Of a DNA stretch of 64,000 nt, positions 18,029 through 28,293 are shown piece after piece. Origin of the DNA: Candidatus Caldarchaeum sp. (GTDB taxonomy: Archaea > Thermoproteota > Nitrososphaeria_A > Caldarchaeales > Caldarchaeaceae); NCBI GenBank assembly GCA_038885755.1, contig JAVZZH010000001.1:192001-256000 (forward strand), given 5' to 3'. Each line of letters starts with the position of its first letter. Positions within the stretch are counted from its first letter, which is position 1. The position numbers and the translations under genes are program-made. The notes beneath the pieces are model-generated. The model was not told the origin of the DNA. It saw nothing but the letters and a program-made list of their open reading frames with translations, and made no database searches.

Positions 18029-20497
18029 ATGACGAAGTATTTTCTGCTGGGAGTCGGCTACGACGGCCAGGAGAGGAAAGCCTTTCTCAAGCTTTTGGAC
18101 GTGGAGAGCGGAAGGACCGTGGTCAAGCTGGACACGACGGGTCATAAGCCTTACTGCTTGAGCGACCTTCCTGCTGAACAGCTCTCCAAAGACCCGCAGC
18201 TGAAGGAGGCTGGAGCCGTTGAGTTTGTGGAGGTTGAGAAATACAACAGCCTGTCGGACAGAAGCGTCGTGATGACCATGATAAAGGCTTCAGACCCTTT
18301 AGCAGTCGGCGGCTCCAAGAAATCTATCAGGGAGAGGCTCAAGTGCTGGGAGGCCGACATCCCGTACCATCTTAACTACGTCTACGACACTAGGCTCATA
18401 CCGAGCCTCGTGTATGAGCTGGACAACGGCAGCCTAACCCCTGTGTTGGGCGACGATGAAAAAGTAAACCAGATACTTGCAAGGTTTTTCCACGACGCTT
18501 CGCCTGAAGAGCTTGAGGAGACGAGGAAATGGCTGAAGATCCTCGAGTCCGAGCATCCCGTCATAGACTTCGTGGCCCTCGACATAGAGATCATCGGCGA
18601 GTCACCGACCCGTGTACCATCCCCCTCCAACCCCGAGGACAGAGTAGTCGCTGTCTCTCTTTCGGGAACGAGAAACATGAGCAAAGTCCTCGTCCTCAGG
18701 AGGAACGACGTTGACATGAAGTTTGAAGGCGGCGAATATGCTCTCGAGGTTTTCGACGACGAGGCTCAGCTGCTGCTGAGATGTTTCGAGATACTCGAGG
18801 AATACCCCGTCGTAGCCACTTTCAACGGGGACGATTTCGACCTGCCCTATTTGAGGAACCGTGCCGAGAAACTCGGAATACCGCGCAGCAAAATCCCCAT
18901 CAGCATAGGAAGGGACGGCGCCACCCTCCGGAAGGGAATACATCTAGACTTGTACCGCTTCTTCAACAACAAATCCGTCCAAGTCTATGCCTTCGACAAC
19001 AGGTACCGCGAGCATACTCTGGACGGGGTGGCCAAGGCTCTTCTCGGGGTTGGGAAGGTGCAGGTTGAGAAGCCGTTGGGGGAGCTGAGGATTCAGGAGC
19101 TTGCCGAGTACAGCTACAGGGATTCCCGTCTGTTGAGAGACTTGGTGGAGTCCGGCGACCGGCTGCTGCTTAGGCTGATGGCTGTGATCTCACGCATAAG
19201 CAGAATGCCTCTGGAAGATGTCTGCAGGCATGGAGTAAGCGGCTGGATAAAGAACCTGCTCTACTGGGAGCTGAGAGGTTTGAACTGGCTGATTCCCTTG
19301 AAAGAGGACCTCGCCTCTAAAGGAGGGACGAGCACCAAGGCGATCATCGAGGGGAAAAAATATAGAGGAGGGTTGGTGGTTGAACCGATCCCGGGAGTCC
19401 ACTTCAGCGTCACCGTTCTTGACTTCGCCTCGCTGTACCCCAGCATCCTCAAGGAGTACAACCTCAGCTTCGAGACTATAAACTGCAGCCATAAAGAGTG
19501 TAGGAGCAACAGCATACCCGAGACAAGCCACTGGGTTTGTTTGAGGAAACGAGGCCTGCAGAGCAGCATCATCGGCGTGATAAGGGACATCCGTGTTAAG
19601 TGGTACAAGCCGATGGCCTCCGACAAGACAATCACCTCTGTCCAGAGAAGCTGGTACGAAGTTGTGCAGAGAGCTTTGAAGGTTTTCCTGAACGCTAGCT
19701 ACGGGGTTCTGGGCTTTGAAGAGTTTCCGCTTTACTGTCCTCCGCTGGCGGAGAGCACGACTGCGATAGGGAGGTATGTTTTCCAGTCAGCTGTCGAGAA
19801 AGCTAAATCCCTCAACGTCCATGTAGTTTACGGTGACACCGACTCCATTTTCCTTAAGACGACTGAGCCCGAGCAGATAAGCCAGCTGATTAAATGGGCT
19901 GCCGAGAAGTTCAAACTATCCCTCGAGTTCGACAAGGTCTACAGGTACGTTGTTTTCAGCAGGCGTAAGAAGAACTATCTAGGCGTAACTGATAGGGGAG
20001 TAGTTGACGTCAAAGGGTTGACGGGGAAGAAGAGGAACATACCTGTCTTCATCAAAGAGGCCTTCGACGACATGCTGAGGCAGTTGGCTGAGGTCAAGAC
20101 CGAGGAAGACCTTGAGAGGGTCAAGCGGAGGATACGTGAGGTCATAGCGACGTGGTACTCGAGGCTCAAGAACCGAACGTTCGAGATCGACCAGCTTGCT
20201 TTCAGGGTGATGATGTCCAAGACAATCGAACGATACGAGAAGACCACTCCTCAGCACGTCAAGGCAGCTAAGAAGCTGCAGAGCTTGGGCGTGAAAGTTG
20301 GGCCTGGAGACATAATAAGCTACGTCAAGACAAGGGATAAGGATGGTGTCACGCCTCTGCAGCTGGCTAGGAAGGAGGCTGTGGACGTCGACAAATACAT
20401 CGAGTACATGAGGTCAACGTTCGAGCAGGTTCTTGACCCGCTTGAAATCGATTTCGACGGAGTGGTTGGGCTGACGAGCTTGGAGAGCTTTATGTAG
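18029..20497 (+). CDS. polB: Family B DNA polymerase (PolB1 type)
   Basis: Exonuclease motifs DIE and FNGDDFD; polymerase motifs DFASLYPS, KVFLNASYG, YGDTDS and KKNY. Confidence 0.97.
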   Translation: MTKYFLLGVGYDGQERKAFLKLLDVESGRTVVKLDTTGHKPYCLSDLPAEQLSKDPQLKEAGAVEFVEVEKYNSLSDRSVVMTMIKASDPLAVGGSKKSIRERLKCWEADIPYHLNYVYDTRLIPSLVYELDNGSLTPVLGDDEKVNQILARFFHDASPEELEETRKWLKILESEHPVIDFVALDIEIIGESPTRVPSPSNPEDRVVAVSLSGTRNMSKVLVLRRNDVDMKFEGGEYALEVFDDEAQLLLRCFEILEEYPVVATFNGDDFDLPYLRNRAEKLGIPRSKIPISIGRDGATLRKGIHLDLYRFFNNKSVQVYAFDNRYREHTLDGVAKALLGVGKVQVEKPLGELRIQELAEYSYRDSRLLRDLVESGDRLLLRLMAVISRISRMPLEDVCRHGVSGWIKNLLYWELRGLNWLIPLKEDLASKGGTSTKAIIEGKKYRGGLVVEPIPGVHFSVTVLDFASLYPSILKEYNLSFETINCSHKECRSNSIPETSHWVCLRKRGLQSSIIGVIRDIRVKWYKPMASDKTITSVQRSWYEVVQRALKVFLNASYGVLGFEEFPLYCPPLAESTTAIGRYVFQSAVEKAKSLNVHVVYGDTDSIFLKTTEPEQISQLIKWAAEKFKLSLEFDKVYRYVVFSRRKKNYLGVTDRGVVDVKGLTGKKRNIPVFIKEAFDDMLRQLAEVKTEEDLERVKRRIREVIATWYSRLKNRTFEIDQLAFRVMMSKTIERYEKTTPQHVKAAKKLQSLGVKVGPGDIISYVKTRDKDGVTPLQLARKEAVDVDKYIEYMRSTFEQVLDPLEIDFDGVVGLTSLESFM

Positions 20498-20498
20498 G

Positions 20499-21725
20499 TC
20501 AGCGGTCGGCCTCGACCGGCCAGTAGTTGAGCGACCAGTATATGGGCGGTATGTTGGCTATCTGCTCTCCCCTGAGCAGGTGCTTCATCACGGGAAGCAG
20601 CCTGAACGACGGTGGGCTTATCTTGACTCTGTAAGGCTTGTCGCCTCCCTCGCTCCTGACGTAGTACATCATCTCACCCCTAGCCGCCTCGGTCCTGGCC
20701 ACCGCCTCCCCGGCAGGAACCCTGATGTTTATGGGATGCTGCTTGACCTTGACAGGGCCGTCCGGCATCATCTCGACCGCTTGGCTGATTATCTTGGTGC
20801 TTTCACGCATCTCCCTGAACCCGACAACAGCTCTGTCGTAACAATCTCCCTTAGACCCTACAGGCACTTCGAACCTCAGCTGAGGATAGGCGTCGTACGG
20901 GTTGTTCACCCTGTTGTCATACTTGACTCCCGAAGCTCTCAGCGTCGTGCCCACCGCACCCAAGCGGACAGCGTCAGCAGGGCTGAGAACCCCTACGTCT
21001 CGAGTCCTGCTTATGAACAGCTCGTTGTTGAAGAACATGTCCCAGTAGTCGTCCAGCCTGCTGTCGAAGAACTCGCAGACGGCCAAAACATACTTCCGAA
21101 AGTCCTCGACGTCGTGGCCTAGTTCTCTACCGGTAGCCATCCTGTAGTAGCGTGAAAACTCCTTGACCAAGGCGGATGGAACCTTTTTGGGAGCGTCGTT
21201 CCGAACTCCTCCAGGCTCGAAGAATGCGTGCGTAATCCGCTGCCCGCCTATGAGAGACGTAAGGTCGACCAAGTATTCACGGTCGCCGAAGCACCACAGG
21301 AACATGGTGGAATGGCCGAGGAAGACTCCGTAGAGGGCAAACCAGTAGAGATGGCTTGCTATGCGCTGGAGCTCAGCCATTATCACTCGGAGGAACTTCG
21401 CCCTCTCAGGCGGCTCGACACCCATGAGCTTCTCAACAGCCAAAACATACGGGTACTGTATGCCTGCTGAGTCAAGGATCACAGGCCTCTCAAGGTGAGG
21501 TATGTTCGTTATCCATGTCTTGTACTCTGCGAGCTTCTCCTCCCCGCGGTGGACGAAGCCGGGGTCGGGGTCGGCCTCTACCACTGTATCCCCTGAAACT
21601 GTTACGATGAGCCTGAAGTGTCCCGTCCCCGGATGCTGGGGCCCGTAGCTCACCTTCAGAGCAGCCTCTCCAACGTCGTAGAACTCCAGCGTTTTGACCT
21701 TCTCCTTCTCCTCTATCACAGTCAT
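20499..21725 (-). CDS. nuoD: NADH-quinone oxidoreductase subunit D
   Basis: GPQHP, GFVHRGEEK, AELQRIASHL, LRASG, EAARGE; no Ni-binding CxxC pairs. Confidence 0.95.
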   Translation of the reverse strand: MTVIEEKEKVKTLEFYDVGEAALKVSYGPQHPGTGHFRLIVTVSGDTVVEADPDPGFVHRGEEKLAEYKTWITNIPHLERPVILDSAGIQYPYVLAVEKLMGVEPPERAKFLRVIMAELQRIASHLYWFALYGVFLGHSTMFLWCFGDREYLVDLTSLIGGQRITHAFFEPGGVRNDAPKKVPSALVKEFSRYYRMATGRELGHDVEDFRKYVLAVCEFFDSRLDDYWDMFFNNELFISRTRDVGVLSPADAVRLGAVGTTLRASGVKYDNRVNNPYDAYPQLRFEVPVGSKGDCYDRAVVGFREMRESTKIISQAVEMMPDGPVKVKQHPINIRVPAGEAVARTEAARGEMMYYVRSEGGDKPYRVKISPPSFRLLPVMKHLLRGEQIANIPPIYWSLNYWPVEADR

Positions 21726-21731
21726 TCACAA

Positions 21732-22211
21732 TCACCTGCCTGGAGCCTCATACTCCTTCAGCATCGGAGGGATGTCGCTCCAGTACTCGGGAAGAAGAAG
21801 CCTCCTCAAGTCTGGATGACCTTCGAAGACAACGCCAAACATCTCGTAAACCTCTCTCTCGTGGTAGCCGCAGCTAGGCCATACCTCGCTCAACGACGTC
21901 ATCCTGGGCGCTGATTTGTCCAGCTTGACCGACAGAGCCAGGTCCGAGGCATGGAGCTCCGGGCGACTGTAGGAACCCAAGTGGTAGATTACCTCTATCT
22001 TGTTCTCCTTCTTAAGGAGTCTGCTCAAGTCGACGCCAGTCACAGCCTTCACGTGGTCGAACCCAAGGTTGTCCCGAAGGTACAGGGCTATGGATTTGAC
22101 CACGGAGGCGTCGACGACTATCTTGACGAGCTTCTTCTCGTCTACGGTTTTTTCCAGAACGCTTGACCCGAACTTTTCGCCGACTGCTTGAACCAGCGTC
22201 TGCAGAGACAT
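21732..22211 (-). CDS. nuoC: NADH-quinone oxidoreductase subunit C
   Basis: VTGVD, HEREVYEMFGVVFEGHPDLRRLLLP. Confidence 0.95.
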   Translation of the reverse strand: MSLQTLVQAVGEKFGSSVLEKTVDEKKLVKIVVDASVVKSIALYLRDNLGFDHVKAVTGVDLSRLLKKENKIEVIYHLGSYSRPELHASDLALSVKLDKSAPRMTSLSEVWPSCGYHEREVYEMFGVVFEGHPDLRRLLLPEYWSDIPPMLKEYEAPGR

Positions 22212-22867
22212 CAACCCCACCTACTGTATAGTATTTTTTCACGCAGCAGCAGAATTCCCTGGAATAAGGTTTCAGGCCTTGGGGGGCATCCGGGCACGTA
22301 GACGTCGACGGGGAGTATGTCGTCTATGCCTTGAATAACGTTGTAAGAGTCCTTGGCGTACAGGCCTCCGCTTATCGCGCAGGCCCCCATGGCTATTACC
22401 CACTTGGGGTCCGGCATCTGGTCGTAGACGAGCCTGAGCCTCATAGCCATCTTGGAGGACACGGTTCCTTCAACGACGAGCACGTCGGACTGTCTCAGGC
22501 TTCCAGTAGCAGGAAGCCATCCGAACCTCTCCGGGTCGTAGCGGGGTGAGTGGGTGGCTGCGAACTCGACGGAGCAGCACGCCGTCGTGATGTGCGCGGG
22601 GAAGAGGGAAGCCATCCGCCCCCAGTTGAGGAGATAACGGATGAGCCTGAAGTTCCTGAACCTGTACAGGAAATAGTTCACACCGTTCTGGTCCTCCGCC
22701 CTGTGAACCTTGTCGACCCCGTACTTCGACACCGTTTCGTCGACCTGCTTTGACGGAACCTCCGACTCCTCAACCATTCTAACAATGGTGTCTGAGTCGA
22801 CGTGCCTGTAGCCGAACATACCTGTCTTGACGTATCCTGGGAAAAGCGTTCTCGGGGAAGGCCACAT
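22211..22867 (-). CDS. nuoB: NADH-quinone oxidoreductase subunit B
   Basis: TACCSVE, MGACAISGG, VPGCPPRP; the start may be at 22819. Confidence 0.95.
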   Translation of the reverse strand: MWPSPRTLFPGYVKTGMFGYRHVDSDTIVRMVEESEVPSKQVDETVSKYGVDKVHRAEDQNGVNYFLYRFRNFRLIRYLLNWGRMASLFPAHITTACCSVEFAATHSPRYDPERFGWLPATGSLRQSDVLVVEGTVSSKMAMRLRLVYDQMPDPKWVIAMGACAISGGLYAKDSYNVIQGIDDILPVDVYVPGCPPRPETLFQGILLLREKILYSRWG

Positions 22868-22909
22868 GCTTGTTTAGGTTTGTGCCGGGTCATTTTTAAA
22901 CATATGTGA

Positions 22910-23584
22910 TCAACCGTAGTAAAACCATTCTGTCCTACCTCTTGCTTTGAAGGGCAGGGACAAGACCAGCCCCGCTAAGAAACCACCCACGTGGGCGGTG
23001 TATGCGATCGTGCTGAAGGGAGTGGTCAGCATGAAGAGTGTTTGGATGAGTATGAAGCCGATTATGACGGCGAACGCCGGTGCGACGATGGGGAAGAACC
23101 AGAGGAATGCATAGAGACGTCTATGGGGGAAGAAAACCAAGTAGCTGCCCATTATTCCAAAGATGGCTCCGGACGCTCCTATCGAAGGAATCAAGCAGGC
23201 TGCTGGTATCGGCCTGATGGCTGGCGAGCATTCGAGTGAGAGGAAGGTGGCGAAGTAAAATATGTGGAATAAAGCCGCCGCCACACCGCTCACCATGTAG
23301 ACGAAGAGAAACTTGGCGCTCCCCAAATAAGACTCCACATCCCTGCCGAAAAGAAATAGGCTGTACATGTTCAGCAGTATGTGGAAGAAATCGATGTGGA
23401 CAAACATGTAGGTAATGAGCGAGAAGATGTTGAGGCCGTTGAGGATGAATATAGGGACCGTGCCGAAGGTGTAAAGGAAGGATGTTAGCTGGTTTTGATT
23501 GGTGATGAACAAGTTGACCGAGGCCCAGACAACTGTGTTGATGGCTATCAGGACATACGTCAGCCTCGGCCGTGCCTCATACAT
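22910..23584 (-). CDS. Rhomboid intramembrane serine protease
   Basis: FVH...HILLNM, GASGA (catalytic Ser), AHVGG (catalytic His). Confidence 0.93.
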   Translation of the reverse strand: MYEARPRLTYVLIAINTVVWASVNLFITNQNQLTSFLYTFGTVPIFILNGLNIFSLITYMFVHIDFFHILLNMYSLFLFGRDVESYLGSAKFLFVYMVSGVAAALFHIFYFATFLSLECSPAIRPIPAACLIPSIGASGAIFGIMGSYLVFFPHRRLYAFLWFFPIVAPAFAVIIGFILIQTLFMLTTPFSTIAYTAHVGGFLAGLVLSLPFKARGRTEWFYYG

Positions 23585-23615
23585 GATGCTACGTCTCGAA
23601 TGGTTCTTGATAAGT

Positions 23616-23972
23616 TTAGAGTAGTGGAAGGCTTCCCGTCACCTTGTCTATCTCCTCTTCCGGAGCAGGCCCTATACCAACCGCGGTAGCAGTCCCCGGA
23701 GGAAGCTCTGTAAGGCCCGCGTCCTCAACTATTTCGAAGGGGAGGCCTCTGACAGCGCATGCGGATGCAACCCGACGCAGCTCTTCCTCCGAACCTACCT
23801 TCAGCACGACTTTTTTCTGACCCCTGTCAAACCACTCCCTCACCCATTCAGGCTTTCTACGCCTAGCCGCCTCCAGAGCAAGCACGGCTGCATGGGAAGC
23901 CTGCGCCGCCGTCTTGCCCACGCTCATCCTGAGGTCGCTGCGTATCACCAACACCTGTTTAAATCCACGCAC
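23616..23972 (-). CDS. pth2: Peptidyl-tRNA hydrolase, archaeal type
   Basis: KQVLVIRSDL, GKTAAQASHA, GQKKVVLK, DAGLTE, GIGP; GTG start at 23972. Confidence 0.95.
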   Translation of the reverse strand: MRGFKQVLVIRSDLRMSVGKTAAQASHAAVLALEAARRRKPEWVREWFDRGQKKVVLKVGSEEELRRVASACAVRGLPFEIVEDAGLTELPPGTATAVGIGPAPEEEIDKVTGSLPLL

Positions 23973-23988
23973 GGCGATCGATGTACAG

Positions 23989-24795
23989 ATGTTGGATAAA
24001 TACGTGAAAAAGCCCATAGTGGCGCTGTTGACCGACTACGGCTCAAAAGACACATACGTTTCAGAGGTGAAGGCGGTTATTCTGAAGCACAACCCCGACG
24101 CAGTTCTGGTGGACATAACTCACGAGGTCGAGTCTTTCAACACCCTCCAAGGAGCCTTCCTACTCAAAATTGCGGCCAAGACATTCCCCGACAACACGGC
24201 GTTCCTAGCCGTCGTCGACCCCGGGGTAGGCGGAGAACGGGACGCGGTCCTAGTCGAGACACTTAGGGGAAGAGTCTACACGGGGCCCGACACAGGATTG
24301 CTCTACCCGGCTGTCAGCGGTGAGGGTGTTTCAAGAGTTTGGAGGATAAGGAGCGAGACTCTGGAGAACGTCTCGCCTACCTTCCACGGCAGGGATGTCT
24401 TCGCCGAGGTTCTCGGCAGGTATCTGTCCGGCGGGGATTGGAGAAAGCATGTTGAGGAGAAGGAAGCTATGGTTGTCCTCAGCCTGCCCGAGCCTAAATG
24501 GTCTGGAGAAGGCTTGGAGGCGACAGTCATGCATCTGGACAAGTTCGGAAACGTCATCCTCAACATCTACGGCGGGCTTCCAGAAGGCTGGAGAGCAGTC
24601 GACATCTCAGCCGAAAGCAAAACCCTAGAGAGAGTTCCAACCGCCTCATACTATTCCCAAGTCTCCTCGGGCAAGCCTCTTCTTGTCGTGGGCGGGACGG
24701 GGTTTTTGGAGGTCTCGGTCAACAGGGGCAGCGCTGCGGAGATGCTTCAGGTGAAGCCGGGCGACAGAGTCATCCTCTTCAAAAGTCGTTTCTGA
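23989..24795 (+). CDS. SAM hydroxide adenosyltransferase (DUF62 / chlorinase-fluorinase family)
   Basis: LLTDYG, DITH, VVDPGVG, TFHGRDVFA, DKFGN, LEVSVNRG. Confidence 0.92.
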   Translation: MLDKYVKKPIVALLTDYGSKDTYVSEVKAVILKHNPDAVLVDITHEVESFNTLQGAFLLKIAAKTFPDNTAFLAVVDPGVGGERDAVLVETLRGRVYTGPDTGLLYPAVSGEGVSRVWRIRSETLENVSPTFHGRDVFAEVLGRYLSGGDWRKHVEEKEAMVVLSLPEPKWSGEGLEATVMHLDKFGNVILNIYGGLPEGWRAVDISAESKTLERVPTASYYSQVSSGKPLLVVGGTGFLEVSVNRGSAAEMLQVKPGDRVILFKSRF

Positions 24796-25297
24796 GAAGA
24801 GATGAGAGACGCTTCTCGCAACCTATGCTGGAAAGATACTCGGCGGCCGCTGGATGAAGCCTGCTCCTCCAATCCCCGGCTTGGGCTATCAGCCTGCGTA
24901 TCTCAGTCCCCATCAGACGGCTGCGGTCGTAGAGGGGGACGGGCTCAACCTTGAAACCCTGCTCCTCGAAAAGAACCCTGACCAAGCTGTTGTTGCTGTA
25001 CACCGTCTGAAAATGAGGGCATATGGAGATGACTCTGGAGACCCAGAGCCTGTGCTCGCCGATGTCGGGGATGGGTATTATGAAGCACCGAGCCAAATCC
25101 ACACCCGCGCCTCTCAGGCTGCGGTAAATGACCTCTATTCTCTCGCCGGCCGTGAACGGGTTTTCGACCGTGTGGCTGTACTGCGCGCTTCCAACTCCCA
25201 CGATGCATTCATCCTCCCGCTCAAGAATGTAGTTGACTGCCTTGAGATGACCCATGTGGAAAGGCTGAAACCTGCCGATGAAAAGCCCCCTCTTCAT
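24779..25297 (-). CDS. nadM: Nicotinamide-nucleotide adenylyltransferase
   Basis: GRFQPFHMGH, GSAQ, NPFTAGER. Confidence 0.95.
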   Translation of the reverse strand: MKRGLFIGRFQPFHMGHLKAVNYILEREDECIVGVGSAQYSHTVENPFTAGERIEVIYRSLRGAGVDLARCFIIPIPDIGEHRLWVSRVISICPHFQTVYSNNSLVRVLFEEQGFKVEPVPLYDRSRLMGTEIRRLIAQAGDWRSRLHPAAAEYLSSIGCEKRLSSLLRNDF

Positions 25298-25317
25298 CTC
25301 CGTCGAAACACATCAAC

Positions 25318-26418
25318 TCATATATTATTGTTGACGTGCGACGTTCCCTCGATAGTTATGACGGCCCTCTCGTTTATTCCTCCTTCGATTCTTGCCTTGC
25401 AGCCTGTCAACGCTTCGCAGACTTTTATGCTCGTGGCTGTGTGGCTTGTGAGCCTCGACACTTCATAAACCGACCTGCCGTCGGCAAGAGCAGAGTATAT
25501 CACCAGCATGTCGCCGAGATGCTTGTCGACGGGAGCTCCCCGGCTGAGCTCGTCCACCAGCTCGGCCGCAGCCTCCTCGCCAACCCTCTCCGCAGGAACT
25601 CCACGCTCGCCCAGCTTGTCAACTCCCAGAACCACGCCATCCTCGCAGACAGCCATCAAGAAGATGCCAGCACCCGGGTCGACGGCGCATCTCTCATCCC
25701 TCTCGTCGAGAACCTCCCTGCTTATCGAGACACGCCGATACCCCTTCGCCGCGAGATGCTTTTCGCAGGATGAAGCCATTCTCTCAGCGACGTGAGCTGG
25801 AAGCTTCGAAGTGTAGGCAAGCCCCATTATCTCCAAAATCCTAGGCCTGCCGACGAGGTTAAAAGCTGCGAGCTTCTTGACCGGCCGGACATAGCCTTCG
25901 ACGATTCCACCTCCACGCGGGTAGAAACCTCTCTTCAGCAGCTTGACGCCGGATTCTACGCCGGCATGGGCTATCGCGGGGATGAAAATTTTCTCAAAGT
26001 ATTCGATGGTTGGAGCGTTGGGGTTGTTTGTCCCTCCCCGGATGGTGAAGGTGCATGGTGTGGAGCCGAAGCAGAGGACGGGGAGCAGCGACTGTAGCAC
26101 GAGGGTTGTGCTGCCGGCCGTCCCAGTATCGAGGCTGAGGCTGGATGCCTTGATTTTTCCCGGGCTGAAACGCAGCTCCGTTGACCCTATCTCAGCTCCC
26201 TGCAGCTTGCCCGAGCAGGCCATGCTCACCGCTTTCACGGCCGTTAGATGCTGGTGTCGGAGACCCGGGTTCTGCCTCTTCTTCCTGATGTTGTATACGT
26301 GCAGCTGCTTCCCCAAAATGGCCGAAAGGGCGACAGCAACACGGAGAACCTGCCCACCACCCTCCCCGACCGAGCCGTCTAGGCTTAAAAACTCCTCCAT
26401 CCCCCACAGCATACTCAA
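25318..26418 (-). CDS. rtcA: RNA 3'-terminal phosphate cyclase
   Basis: DGSVGEGGGQVLR, PGLRHQH, GFYPRGGG, VDKHLGD, TSH. Confidence 0.95.
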   Translation of the reverse strand: MSMLWGMEEFLSLDGSVGEGGGQVLRVAVALSAILGKQLHVYNIRKKRQNPGLRHQHLTAVKAVSMACSGKLQGAEIGSTELRFSPGKIKASSLSLDTGTAGSTTLVLQSLLPVLCFGSTPCTFTIRGGTNNPNAPTIEYFEKIFIPAIAHAGVESGVKLLKRGFYPRGGGIVEGYVRPVKKLAAFNLVGRPRILEIMGLAYTSKLPAHVAERMASSCEKHLAAKGYRRVSISREVLDERDERCAVDPGAGIFLMAVCEDGVVLGVDKLGERGVPAERVGEEAAAELVDELSRGAPVDKHLGDMLVIYSALADGRSVYEVSRLTSHTATSIKVCEALTGCKARIEGGINERAVITIEGTSHVNNNI

Positions 26419-26492
26419 GCCTCGCTTTTTATGGATTGGCGTGCTAACAGTTAATTAATGGGAGAAACAGACCTAACTCAAGGGTTCGAGAG

Positions 26493-27098
26493 TTGGCAGC
26501 ACCTCTATACTATCCGGGAGCAACGACCGTGGGGATAAGAGGCAGGGATTGCGTCGCCATAGCTGCTGAGAAAAGGTTCGCATACGGCTACTTTGTGATG
26601 TCCAAGCAGGCTCGAAAAGTCTTCAAGATTACCAACAAAGTCGGAGCAGCCTGCGCCGGAGTTGTAGCCGACATGCAGAACCTGATCAAGGAGGTCACGG
26701 CCATGGTAAACCTTTACAGGCTCGAGCAAAACTTGGAGCCTAGCGTGAAGACCGTAGCAAAAATCCTTTCATGGAACCTCTTCGGAAACAGGTTCTTCCC
26801 TTACTTCATGGAGACGATCGTCGGAGGAGTTGACACGGCGGGGCCTCATGTGATAGTTCTCGACCCCCTAGGCTCGATGATTGAGGATGATTATGCGGTC
26901 GTGGGTACGGGTGCCGAGGTCGCGGTGGGCGTCATCGAGAACCTTTACAGAAGGGACATGGGGCCGTCGGAGGTTTACGACCTGGCCACGAGAGCGATCA
27001 AGGCGTCCATCGCCAGGGATGCTGGCAGCGGGAACGGCATAGACATCCTGCTCTACACCGCTTCCGGGCTTGCAGCCGAGGACACTATAACCGTCTAG
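26493..27098 (+). CDS. psmB: Proteasome beta subunit (probably the non-catalytic type)
   Basis: Ntn-hydrolase signature TTVGI..AAEKR..KVFKI..GVVAD, DPLGS, RDAGSG; PG-ATTVG in place of G-TTTVG. Confidence 0.95.
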   Translation: MAAPLYYPGATTVGIRGRDCVAIAAEKRFAYGYFVMSKQARKVFKITNKVGAACAGVVADMQNLIKEVTAMVNLYRLEQNLEPSVKTVAKILSWNLFGNRFFPYFMETIVGGVDTAGPHVIVLDPLGSMIEDDYAVVGTGAEVAVGVIENLYRRDMGPSEVYDLATRAIKASIARDAGSGNGIDILLYTASGLAAEDTITV

Positions 27099-27135
27099 AA
27101 TATTTAAATTGTCGTTATAGAAAATCAGCCTGAGG

Positions 27136-27867
27136 TTGTGGAATCTCTCGCTGAGGGAGAGGGTTCTGATTTACCTAGCCGAGAGAGGAGCTATCACAAA
27201 CAGTCTCAAGATAACAACTCCTATTATATCAAAGCAGTTTGGCACTTCGCAGCAGTCCGCATCCAGGCTGCTCATCATCTTGGAGAGGGAGGGGTTGATA
27301 GAGAGAAGGGTTGTTGGCAGAACAAGCTACGTTAAAATGACTCAGAAAGGCGTTTCTAGGCTTCTCGACCTTTACCTAGCTCTCAAGATGATTTTTGAGA
27401 AACCTGTTAAAATAGTCCTTGAGGGGCGGGTCTTCTCCGGCTACGGCGAGGGCTCGTACTACATGAGCCTTCCAGGCTACGTCCAGCAGATGATTGAAAA
27501 GCTCGGCTTCATACCGTACCCGGGGACGTTGAACGTCTTGCTTCTGTCGAAGGACTCCATCGAGAACAAGCTGTTCCTGCAGAAGAACGCCGACATCGAG
27601 TTCAGCGGGTTCAAGGACGAGCGGCGGACCTACGGCTCAGTCAAGGCCATAAAGGTTTTGATAAACGAGTCGGAGCCCGCGGTGATGGTCTTCCCGGAGA
27701 GGACTCTGTACGACAGCTCCGTCGCCGAGCTGGTTGCGCCGGAAAACTTGAGGAGCAAGCTGGGGCTGAGCGACGGCTCGCTCGTGAGGATCTCGGCAAC
27801 GCTTTCGCCGAAGATGTTTTACGAAGGTTTCAAGCCAAGCACGTCGTTAACGTTTTCGCCGAGCTAG
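27136..27867 (+). CDS. ribK: CTP-dependent riboflavin kinase with N-terminal HTH (RbkR-type)
   Basis: HTH SQQSASRLL; SGYGEG, PYPGTLN, PERT, LRSKLGL. Confidence 0.92.
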   Translation: MWNLSLRERVLIYLAERGAITNSLKITTPIISKQFGTSQQSASRLLIILEREGLIERRVVGRTSYVKMTQKGVSRLLDLYLALKMIFEKPVKIVLEGRVFSGYGEGSYYMSLPGYVQQMIEKLGFIPYPGTLNVLLLSKDSIENKLFLQKNADIEFSGFKDERRTYGSVKAIKVLINESEPAVMVFPERTLYDSSVAELVAPENLRSKLGLSDGSLVRISATLSPKMFYEGFKPSTSLTFSPS

Positions 27868-28293
27868 TATCCTTCTGATCACGTCGCTGCTGCTCATGGG
27901 GTTGACACGATAACGCCTCAACGTAGCCACCCTAACCCTCAAACCCTTCGACCTGCAGTACTCAAGGAATTGCTTCTTGATCTTCTGCTGGTCGTAGCCG
28001 AAAGCAACTATGTCGGGCTTCACCCTCCTCATCACCTTGTCGAAGGAGAGAGGGTCGTATCCGACTATGGCTTCGTCGACCGGTTTCAGGTTTTTAATCA
28101 TCTTCATACGCTCGCTGGCAGGGAATATCGGGCGTCGCCGCTTGTTCCTCCAGACTGTTTTGTCGGAGGCTATCAGCACAACTAGCTTGGACCTTCTCCC
28201 GCCAAGCTTCTTGGCGTCGTTGAGCATCTTCATGTGGCCTAGGTGAAGGATGTCGAAAGCCCCCGTGGTCAGCACGACCTTCGCCCTCACCAC
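27847..28293 (-). CDS. ribL: FAD synthetase, archaeal cytidylyltransferase family
   Basis: GAFDILHLGH, PDIVAFGYDQ, SSS; convergent with ribK. Confidence 0.85.
   Translation of the reverse strand: MVRAKVVLTTGAFDILHLGHMKMLNDAKKLGGRRSKLVVLIASDKTVWRNKRRRPIFPASERMKMIKNLKPVDEAIVGYDPLSFDKVMRRVKPDIVAFGYDQQKIKKQFLEYCRSKGLRVRVATLRRYRVNPMSSSDVIRRILARRKR

Noticed and set aside
20499-22867. Possible group 4 [NiFe]-hydrogenase
   Set aside because: The large subunit lacks both Ni-binding CxxC motifs and the small subunit has the tandem CC of NuoB, so these are complex I subunits.
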